In this document: positions 40,631-51,126 of the stretch, piece by piece
Numbering within the stretch: position 1 is the stretch's first letter
Layout: every line of letters begins with the position of its first letter
Assembly (NCBI RefSeq): GCF_030028105.1
Contig: NC_092375.1
Location: 37,175,130 to 37,239,129 of the forward strand
Reading direction: 5' to 3'
Length of the DNA stretch: 64,000 nucleotides
DNA from: Mobula birostris
Lineage: Eukaryota
The notes under the pieces: model-generated
Databases searched by the model: none
Told to the model about the DNA's origin: nothing
The model's input: only the letters and a program-made list of their open reading frames with translations
Position numbers and translations under genes: made by a program

Positions 40631-41689
40631 TTGACAGTCGGGCAACACATACAAATTGCTGGAGGGAATCAACAAGTCAGGCAGCATCCACGAAGGGGAG
40701 TAACCAATTGATGTTTTGGACCTGACCCTTCATCTTTTCCCTCCATAGCTGATGCCTGGCTTGCTGAGATCCTCCAGTCTTCTACATGTCCTGCTCAAGA
40801 TTTCCAGTACCTACAGAGTCACTTGTGTTTATACATTTCGATACTCATCCTATCAAGTACTGAAGGACCCTTCCGAAGCAGCTGCATCATACTTTCATTT
40901 GTAGTTGTAGTCATTACTGTAGACATACTGGCCATGCATGCATGGTTGCACAGCGCTCTTATTTGCATATAACCTTGGTCATCTACTCACCAGCTAGTGG
41001 CCTGGCATGGTGCAGAGGATTATCTCAATACGGATATATGACACACAAAATGCTGCGGAAACTCAGTGGGTCAGGCAGCATCTATGGTATGAAAGAACAG
41101 TTGTTGTTTTGGGCTGAATCACTTCTTCAGGACTGGAAAGGAAGGGGGAAGATGCCAGAATAAAAACGTTGGTGGAGGGGAAAGAAGGATACCTATTTGT
41201 CAGCTGTTCATTTCACAGATGCTGCCTGACCTGCTGAGTTCCTCCAGCATTTTGTGCCTGTTACTTCGGATTTCCAGCATCCAATTCCTCCTCATTGACT
41301 AACCCAACACCCCTCTCATCTTGGGTTCCCCCAGCTCTGCAGTCACGACCCTCACTTGGCCTGGTCATCCAGTTCACTGCTGAATTGGGGACCTGTTTGC
41401 CTGTAACCTCAGTTGACTTCACCCCATAAATCTGTGGAGAAAAAGAAAAATATCTGGAGGCCTATCCAACCTAAACTGCCTGTGCTAGTTTCTGTATGCA
41501 CTATTTGAGGCAAGAACTGAGAAAGGCCCAGGGTTGCTAGTCCATGCCTTCAAGCTACACCCAAAAAATTGTAATAATAATCTGCGAGCTGCTAGCCTGG
41601 GGAAGTGCACAGAGACACAGACACAGCAGAGAAGTCAGTCAAACTCTCGGAGAGAAAAGAGGACTTTTGTAGTCCAAATAAATACGGGA

Positions 41690-42296
41690 GGAGAAGATGG
41701 CGGCACGATGCAGCGCACGCAACCTCTCCGGTGAAATGATATTGTATTTGTTAAATGGGGTACCGTGCACAATTCTGATTTGATGGAGACAGCCGTGAGA
41801 AGCACAGAGGAACATCCGGAGAAACTTCTGAAATGCCTGGTTCGCTACTGTGTGATTGAGAATCTCCGGAGGGAATGCCCCAAATCCTCGGCTTTGCCTG
41901 CTGCTGGCGGCCAGGGTTAGGGTCGAAGTGCTCGGCAGAGATGGTGCTCGGTGCTCGGTGTCAGAGGCTTGAAGTTTTTGGACGACTCAGAGTCGGACTG
42001 TGGTTGGGTATGGCAGGGAGAGTTTTCTTCCTTCTCCTGTCTGCGTGAGATGTGGGACTTTCGAGAGACTTTGAACTTTTTTTACTGTGCCCATGGCCTG
42101 TTCCTCATCAAGTTAAGGTATTGTTGCACTGTTGTAACTGTATGTTATAATTATGTGATTTTTGTCAGTTTTTCAGTCTTGGTCTGTCCTGTGTTTCTGT
42201 GATATCACATCGGAGGAATACTGTATCATTTCTTAATGCATGCATTACTTAATGACAATAGAAGAGGACTGCGTGTCCTCATAATCTAATCTAAAT
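41690..42296 (+). mobile_element. Non-autonomous SINE-like element with (ATCTA)n tail
   Basis: CpG-rich head (aagatggcggcacgatg), LINE-like 3' end, aatctaatctaa tail. Confidence 0.5.
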
Positions 42297-42539
42297 ATAA
42301 TAATAAACAAAGAAACAGGAAAATGGAGCAAATCCTGCAGTTCCTACATCTAGTTACCTAATAAAGCCTGCCTGAGTCATCTGATTTCTCTAAATGAGGG
42401 GACTTTGAGAGATGGGACTTTAGGGTTGCAAACAATCTCACTCAGGCTTCAGAAGAGCATCAAGTAAGCACACTGATATACTGCATGGGTGACAAAGCAG
42501 AGAGCATTGTGGGAGGATTAGGACTGACAGATGCTAAGG

Positions 42540-43290
42540 AAAAGGTGTACAAAACAGTGCAGGATAATTTCAAAGCATATTTCACAGGAAAGTGAAATGT
42601 GATATATGAAATGGCAAAGTTCAGAAAAGAGGAGCCAAATGTAAATAACATCAGCTCAACATTGTATGCCCCTTCAGACAACTGTGCATTTGGAAATCTG
42701 AGAGGTGAGCTCATTCAGGATAGGACTGCTATATGGCCACTGGACAGCAAACCGTCAGAAAGACCAGTTGCAGGCAGATCTCACACTGGAGAAAGCTATT
42801 ACTATAGTCAGGCAGATTGAGGATGTTCGTCAGCAATAGGCGGAACTCAGGCATGAAAACGATACCGAGGTAAAGCTAGAAGTTGTACAAGAAGAAGGGT
42901 GCAAACAAGGTGCAGTCAGAAAGACTACAGAAAAGGTGACAGTAGAGCTCAGTTCAAATAAAACAGGCAAGCGAAACAAAGGGCAGGTAAAATGTCCACC
43001 TGTAGGAGATGCAGCAGATCTTCATTCCATGTCAAAGAGCTCAATCCAGCAAAAGAATTGAAATGCCACCAATGCATAGAATTGGCCATTATAAAAGCCA
43101 GAAAGACAAGGCTGGTATACCGTGGTTTAGCTGAAAAATCAGACAGTGGCATTCAAAATGGAGACCGGGGCAGATGTCATAGCCATCGTTGAATGTCTGT
43201 TCATAAAACTGGTGAAGAAAACAGACATTACACTAAATCCAACAAAGAAAGTGGCCATGGGGCCAGGGAAAAATAAGTTCGTAAAATAGT
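42540..43290 (+). mobile_element. Gypsy gag-protease remnant (second family)
   Basis: NVIYEMAKF, ALYA..DNCAFGNLRGELI, zinc knuckles (CRRC..HVKE; CHQC..GHY), protease-like KMETGADV. Confidence 0.7.
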
Positions 43291-45408
43291 GTTAATAGTG
43301 TCACTCAGTTAGCCGCTCCCACATGGGAGGAGTTCACATACTCTACAAGGAGGGTTATCAATAAAGCTCACCTGAATATCCTGCATGCTGATGTCTTGGT
43401 GTGGTCTGCACTGTCCCTCAATATTGAATACAATTCCATGTACTCAACAAAATCACCATTAAGAAACACTACCCTCTTCCTTTGATTGATAGAATATTCA
43501 AACACTTTGCAGGACTCAGATCTTTGCCAAACTCGATTTAAGGAGTGCATACAACGTGATTTTCATCTGCTGGGGGTTGAGTGGAAGATGGCGTTCATAA
43601 CACCCACTGGCCACTACGAATACTTGATGATGCTTTTTGGACTTTCTCGCACTTCAGCTGTTTTCCAAGTCTACATTAAAGAGATCTTTTGGGACATGCT
43701 ATACAGATATGTCTTCATCTGCCTCCACGACATTCTCATCTTCTCCCAGGATCCCTAAGAAAACACCTGTCATGTCTGACCAGTCCTTCAGCATCTCATT
43801 AAAAAACAACTGTACTGCAAGTTAGAAAAGTGCCAGTTCACACCCCAGTCATTTCCTTCCAGGCTTACGTCCTGCCACCCCAGGGCATAACCAAGGAACC
43901 ACAGAAAGTGCTCACCATAGTTGAATGGCCCTGACCACACTCCCTCAAACAGCTACAGTGCTTGTTGGCTTTCTCCAACTTCTACTGCCATTTCATCAGG
44001 AACTGCAGCCGAGTTGCTGATCCTCTCACCTTCCTCACCAATTCCCTTCCTCATGGAAAACCTGGCCTGTTGCCATGGGCCACGTTTTCGAAGTCAAGGG
44101 ATGCTTCACCACTACTCCTGATCTTCACCATCCAGACCTCACGTGGTAGAAGTAGATGGATCTGACATGGTGTCGGGGTCATCCTTTCCCAGCGAGGACC
44201 AAATGGGAAGACATCCCTTGTGCCTTCTTCTCGTGCAAGTTGAACTCTACACAGCGCCTTTATAGAGTAGGAGACAGGGAGGTACTTGCCATTAAGTGGG
44301 CCTTGGAAGAATAGAGACATTGGCTGAAAGGAAATACTTAACCTCTTCACTAATCACCAGAACCTATATCTACACAAAAAAATCGCCAACTCAATTCATG
44401 TCAGGCTCACTGGGTCCTCCACTTCAAGCAGTTTGGCCCAGCTGAAATTTAGATTGGCTCTCAGTGTAGTAGTCCATACTTGCCGATCCTGGCCCAGAAC
44501 ACCTGGTAGATCCACCAGACGCTACAGCGTGAGCCTGCTCTGTCCACAACCACATGACTGTGCTGATGACAGTGTGGTCTGATGCATTCCAGTGGGCTCA
44601 CACCTCAAACCCCTCCAGCCTTCAATGAGCCCAGTCCAATTCCTCCAGCCAATGGCCCTCTGGGCTCCTGTGGTCACGAACAGCTGTGGCCCTACATCTC
44701 CATAGATTTCATCACTGGTTTGCCGACTTCTGATGGGGACATGGTGATCATGATGGTGGTGGGCTGGTTCTCTAAGCATCCAGCTTCATTGTCCTCTCCA
44801 ACCCCCCGTCAGCCATTGAGATGGTGGACTTGGTTCTGCAATGTGTAGTTCATCTCCACTAATTCCCTGAGGACATATTGTCTGACCAAGGCTCACAATC
44901 TGTCCCCTGCTTCTGGCAAGCCGTTGGTTCCCACCTCCACACCTCACTGAGTTTGTTCTTTGGTTATCAGCAGCTGCAGACCAATGATCAGTCCGAAAAA
45001 GCCAATCTGCAAATGGTGAGGTTTCTGCAATGCTTTGCTGCCTCAAACCTTTCCACGTGGAAGAAGCATTGATTCTGGGCCGAACTGTCCCACAACCTAC
45101 ACACCTCCACTGCCAGGGTAATCACCGGTTGAAGTTCTTCAAGACTACCAACCCCCACCCTTTCCCCACAGAGGAACACCGGTGAAAGTCCAGTCTTCCA
45201 GGGCCATTGTTTGCCACTGCCAGAATGCTTCAGAGGGAACAGAGGGCAATCCTAGCTGCCAACCACACCTACTGCTTCCAGGCCAACCACCCGTGGAGCC
45301 CAGCCAGACTATTCCAGCCTGGGAACCATGTCTGATTGAGCACCCAAAATAATCCACTCTTCATAAACTGTGAGCACCAGGTGATACTACTCATTAAAAA
45401 AATCAGAA

Positions 45409-47837
45409 ATGGCTGGCTATAAAGAAAAAATTAATGACTTTGGTTGCACAAAGGGTAAAAAGCTTATGTATACTGAGCTATTCAAACAGTATTTTGAAAT
45501 AACCAACAAGAAACGAGTGCTAATTTTGCTAAGTGTATTAGGTTTAAAGGTGTTCAGTTGCTTCGAAGTTTGACTGCCCCAACCAAACCGTTAGAAATGA
45601 GCTTGTAAAAAGTGATGCTGGAACACCTAGAACAAAAGCCATTGTTAATTGTAGAACACTTTACGTTTCATAAGCAGAATCAAAGAGTAGGGGCCTTCAT
45701 TTTAGCGTACGTGGCTGAATTGAAGAGATTGGTGAGCATTTTCAGTTTCTTAATAGTCTTAATGATACACTGAGAGATCATTTAGTTTGTGGAATCTTAA
45801 AAGAAAGCATTCAAAAACAACTCATAACTGAAGAACAGGTTACACTCAAATGAGTAATGGAAACCGCAGACGGAGGTGCAATTGAGTTGCAGTCAGGAAT
45901 GAAAGTGAGTGTGGCTAAAAATGCAGCGTCCAAACTGAAACCAGCCTGACTGAACAAATTGTGTTACCATTGCAAAAGGGGTCACGTTCATTAAACAAAT
46001 GCAGATTTAAAAGCGAAACTTACACAAAATGAAACAAAGTAGGACATGTACAAAGAATAAAATGAATGGTCTGCTCAGGGAAGAGAAAAAGATAAAACGT
46101 CAAGTTGCAGTTTCAAAAAGAGCACGATCTGTATACTGTTGATGAAAAATCTGATAATGATGAGAGTGACATAGGATTGCGTAGCCTTGAGATTTGCAGT
46201 TTGAAAACTAACAGACCAGCAATATGGCCTGCACCGGAAGTGCATGGAAAATTAATTAAAATGGAATTGGACACTGGCTCAGCTGTTTCAGACATTCCAC
46301 AATATGAGTTTCAAAAAGCATTTCAAAGATACTAAACTGAAGCCTGCAGTTATTCAACTGAGAACTTGTACTGGAGAAAAGATAACTTCTGTGGGAATGA
46401 CATTCGTGACTGTGAAATACAACAACCAACAAGCCACATTGTGCTTGTATGTGGTGAAAACAGAAGGACCAGCACTCTGGGGATCTGATTGGCTGAGACA
46501 ACTACAACTTGATTGGAGATCCATTAACCATTTGCGTGCCAAATCCCCTGCAATGAAGTCAACTGAAAGTGAACAAAGAAAGGAGCTGGATGATGCCACA
46601 ACTGTCTCCATGCCGAACATCATGAACCACTGCCCAGCAGAGAACAAACATGTGTTGGTGTCAACCTCTGTGCCTCTGGTTGGGAAGCATATTGGATCAA
46701 GGAAGGACCATGCTGCTTAGAGGAATCATGCAAGTGAAGAAAGTCGTGGTCTGCCTCCAACAGTTTTTGTTGGCAACATATCTGAGAAAGCTTCTGATAT
46801 GTTAATCAGGCAGTTATTTGTGAAATGTGGCTTGGTCTTAAGCTGGAAGAGAGTTCAAGGAGCTTCAGGAAAGCTGCAAGCATTCAGCTTCTGTGAGTAT
46901 AAACAACCAGAATCTACTCTGCGTGCTCTAAGGTTAATGCATGAACTTCAAGTGGGAGACAAAAAGCTGCTTGTAAAAGTAAATGCAAAGACCAAAGCCC
47001 AGCTGGATGAATGGAAGGCCAAAAAAAAGACAGGAGTTAATGGAAATACAAAACAAGATGATTCGTCAGATGATGTTGTGGATGAGGAAAGCAAGAAGAG
47101 AGATCAGATCGTAAAGCGAGCAATAGAAAGAATAATAAGAGAATGTTTCAGTGAACTAAATACTCCTTCCTAAGATCAAGATGCACAAACTAGAAGAAGA
47201 AAAAGGAGGAGGAGATGGAGAGAAAGAATGTGAACAAGAAAGAGAAAGATGTGAACGAGAGAAGGAATATGAGAAAGAAAAGGAAAGGGATCGAAGTAGA
47301 TCCAGAGAGAGAAAAGGAGAAAAAAATGTGTCAAGGGCCGTCAAAAACACTTCCTGCAGTCTCAGAGTCAAATCTTACAATCACGACAAAGGAGGCCCCA
47401 GAACCAGAGATTGTTTTCACAGCTACAAGCCTTATCTGGTAACCCTTGTCAGGAAAGACGTTATCCCACAAGAGTACAAAATCCTCCACAGAGATTAAAC
47501 CTTTAAGCCCGAATGGGACAATTTAAAATTTACTATGCTGCAGATGTCTGTGTATAATATGTGTATTATGTAATAAGCTGTGTATTTAATTATGATGCTT
47601 TCAGTACTGAGTTGGTGTTTATAGCTAAACAGGGAGGAGTGTTGTGTATTTAATATTTCAATAATGTTTGAGTAATCTTGTATATATATTGTTTGGTTAG
47701 TTAACTGCACATGTAATCATGCTACCATGTGATACGAGCGCACCTCGCTTGAAGTAAACTCAAACTACACTCATATTTTCGGACTCCCATGAGTTTCTTT
47801 GAATTAGTTTAATGTTTTGAAGTTACAAAACGTAACA
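45409..47837 (+). mobile_element. Nested Gypsy element (gag, protease, [RBM25 insert], integrase tail, polypurine tract, 3' LTR 47640-47837); 5' LTR missing
   Basis: gag from ATG 45409 (MAGY..., LRDHLVCGIL, zinc knuckles), protease IKMELDTGSAVS...GSDWLRQLQLDW, pol end EAPEPEIV...RRYPTR..NPPQRLNL*, tract aaacagggaggag, LTR TG...CA of 198 bp. Confidence 0.88.
46601..47315 (+). pseudogene. RBM25: Processed (intronless) RBM25 fragment: N-terminus, RRM and part of the RE/RD repeat
   Basis: VGKHIGSRKDH, TVFVGNISEKASDMLIRQL..KCGLVLSWKRVQGASGKLQAF.FCEYK.PESTLRALRL.H.LQVGDKKLLVKV.AKTKAQLDEWKAKKK match RBM25 as I recall it. In-frame stops near 46717 and 47171; no introns. Confidence 0.93.
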
Positions 47838-47904
47838 CAGTGGACCATCTGGGTAGACCTGGGCTGTCGGGTGCCAACTGTAAGGGGATAGGAGGGATGT
47901 GTCT

Positions 47905-48226
47905 TGTCAGACCTGCATAGACAGGCGCCTCCCAGTCTCCACCCAGCTAACAGGAGTCACCTGCCACACGTTTCCAACTGATCACCTGCAGCCTACTTAA
48001 ACCCAGCTCTCATCCATAGTCTTTGTTCATCCATCAAGCCAGCTAGCTTCAACCAATTGCTTTTAGCCTTCAGTTGCTTTGTTGCCTCATCATTAAGTAT
48101 TCATTCTCTCTTGTTTTGTGGCCCTTTCAAGGCTTGTTATTTTGCAGTTTATTATTAAAGCGATCACTCACTGCTAAATTGCTTCTGTTGCTCTGCATTT
48201 GGGTCGAGCCTTTACATTCCCTGACA
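47905..48226 (+). repeat. LTR-B (3' LTR), TGTCA...TGACA
   Basis: Homologous to LTR-A; followed by GGTTT (48227-48231). Confidence 0.88.
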
Positions 48227-48592
48227 GGTTTTATGTGCTACAAAACTTTAAATTGATTAAATTATGGTTAATTCTGAAAAATAGTAAAACTGTAGGAGTG
48301 ACAGTACCTAGTGTTAATATCATGAGTTATAACTGTCAAGAAACTGAGGAATACTCAAAGTAGATACTGCCAACACAGGTGCAATAATATTTGATTCATT
48401 GTTTAAAAGTAAAAGAAAGTAGCAAAAATATTAAGCTTCAGGGGGTAGACACTTGTAATAAGAGGAATTACTGGAAGCACTCTGCATGTTAGACCATAAG
48501 ACATAGGAGCAGAATTAGGCCACTCGGCGCATCGAGTCTGCTCTGCCATTCCATTCTGGATGATTTATTATCCATCTCAACCTCATCCTCCT

Positions 48593-51126
48593 TCTTTCTT
48601 TTTCAATCTTTTTATTGGTATCATAATGATAAAGATTAACATAACATAGTAATCATACAAAGTTATTGGGATTACATTGATGTAATTATCATATATAAAT
48701 ATAAACCCAATTAATACATGGATATTAAACCTCCCAATCTTACAGGATACAAATATTATATATAGACAAATTAACATGAAAAAGGAAAAAAGAAAAAACA
48801 CATATACCCCCCAAAAAACTAATGTAACAAGATAGACCAACTAAACTACAGAAAAAAAAAGACATGGGCAGTTGTGGAACATTAAAAAAAAGAATCATTA
48901 GTGTCGTTGACTCTGCTCCCCTCAACATATACTAAAAAGAAATAGCGTAGGTTTGGAAAAGGTCAAATTACATCATATGAAAGTATTGAATAAGTGGCCT
49001 CCAAGTCTTTTCAAATTTAATAGAGGGATCATAAATAACACTTCTATTTTTTTTCTAAATTTAAACACATAATAGTTTGAGAGAACCAATGAAATGTAGT
49101 AGGGGGATTGATCTCTTTCCAATTTAGAAAAATGGATCTTCCGGCCATCAGTGTAAGAAATACAATCATCCGACAGGCTGAAGATGTTAAATGATTTGGT
49201 TCTATCATTGGTAAACCAAAAATTGCAGTAATAGGGTACGGTTGTAAATCAATACTCAAAACAGTTGAAATAGTATCAAAGATATCTTTCCAGTATTTTT
49301 TTAAAAGAGGACATGACCAAAACATACGAGTTAAAAAAGATATCTCGGAATGACATCTATCACATATAGGATTTATATGAGAGTAATAACGAGCTAATTT
49401 ATCCTTAGACATATGAACCGTATGCACTACTTTAAACTGTATTAACACATGTTTAGCACATATAGAGGATGAATTAACTAATTGAAGAATGTTTTCCCAT
49501 TTTTCAATAGGTAAAGTAAACGTAAGTTCCCTTTCCCAATCGATCTTAACTTTAATAGATATGTCTGGATGTATTTTCATAATTATATTATAAATATTTG
49601 TTATTACTCCTTTCTGAAAAGGATTTAAACCTAAATTTTTTCCAAAATATCCGATGAATATAAATTTGAGAAGGTAGGAAGAACAATATTTTTAAAATTT
49701 CTAATCTGTAAATATCTAAAGAAATGGGATCTAGGCAAATTGTATTTGTTAGATAATTGTTCAAAAGACATGAAACAATTATCCAAAAATAGATCACAAA
49801 ACCTTAATATGCCTTTAGTTTTCCAAGCCAAATAGGCTTGATCCATGATAGAGGGTTGAAAAAACAAATTAAATATAATAGGACTTGCTAGAATAAATTG
49901 ATTCAACCCAAAAAATTTTTGAAATTGAATCCATATTCGTAAAGTGTATTTTACTATTGGGTTAACCATTTGTTTATGCAATTTAGAAAGAGAAAAGGGA
50001 AGCGAGGTCCCTAAAATAGAACCCAGTGAAAACCCTTGTAAAGATTTACATTCAAGTTTTATCCAATGTGGACTTGAAGTAATGTCCAAGTCCCATGACC
50101 AAAATTTTAAATATCAAATATTAATTTCCTAATAATAAAATCTAAAATTCAGCAATGCCAGACACCACCCTCCCACCGCCTTTTTAAATTTCTGTAAGTA
50201 TCTTTTATCTATCCTAGGACTTTTATTCTGCCATATGTATGAAGAGAATTGAAGATTTCTTCTAAAATATTAGCAGCTAGGTTAGAGAAGGTATTACCTC
50301 AAATTATCTTTGTGGACCAAACTGGATTTATTAAAAACCGTTATTCATCTTTTAATATTAGGAGATTAATTAATATTATTTATACTTCATCACTTACTAC
50401 TCCAGAATGTGTTATTTCACTAGATGCTGAGAAGGCTTTTGACAGAGTTGAATGGCTGTATTTATTTACTGTGGTTGAGAAGTTTAATTTTAGCCTAATA
50501 TTTATATCTTGGATAAAATTGATAAAATTGATATATTATACCCATGTAGCTTCAGTTTTTATCAATAATCAAAGCTCTCCCATTTTTCATTTATTTCAGG
50601 GTCTTAGTCCATTATTATTTGATATTGCCCTTGAACCTTTAGCAATTGCTATTCAAGATTCACCTGGCATTCTTGGTATTACCCGTGTGAATGAAATACA
50701 TAAGGTATCATTATATGCAGACGAGTTACTATTATATATCTCTAACCCTGAGAAATCTATTCCTGCTGTTTTATCCTTGTTGGCTCAGTTTAGTAATTTT
50801 TCTGATTATAAATTAAACCTTAATAAGAGTGAACTATTTTCCCTAAATACGCAGGTTCCAATTTATGGATGCTTACCATGTAAATTGGTTCCGATTTCTT
50901 TACATACTTAGGGGTTAAAATTACAAAAAAGCATAAGGATTTATTTAAGGCTAATTTTTTACCTCTAATTGATCAGATTAAACTTTTGTTTACTAAATGG
51001 TCACCAATGTCTCTATCATTGATAGGTCGGATTAATGCTATCAAGATGATTATTTTACTTAAATTTTTATATTTATTTCAAGCGGTGCCAGTTTTTATTC
51101 CGAAATCCTTTTTAGACTAGATTGAT
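48593..51126 (-). mobile_element. 5'-truncated L1 with inverted 5' segment (twin priming)
   Basis: Minus part (about 50190 to 48593) runs from KYLQK to the poly(A) tail; plus part (about 50200-51115) is the RT region ending at FIPKSF. TCCTCCT repeat at 48586-48592 and 51127-51133. Confidence 0.85.

Larger units (their letters stand above)
43400..48226 (+). mobile_element. Gypsy (sushi-like) element, 3' half: RT, RNaseH, integrase, polypurine tract, 3' LTR; carries a nested element at about 45380-47837
   Basis: KITIKKHYPLPLID, EWKMAFITPTGHYEYLMMLFGL, PYISIDFITGLP, SDQGSQ; polypurine tract aaggggataggaggga before the LTR at 47905. Confidence 0.85.

Noticed and set aside
46799-47173. RBM25 ORF as a functional gene
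   Set aside because: Partial, intronless, flanked by stops and embedded in a Gypsy element.
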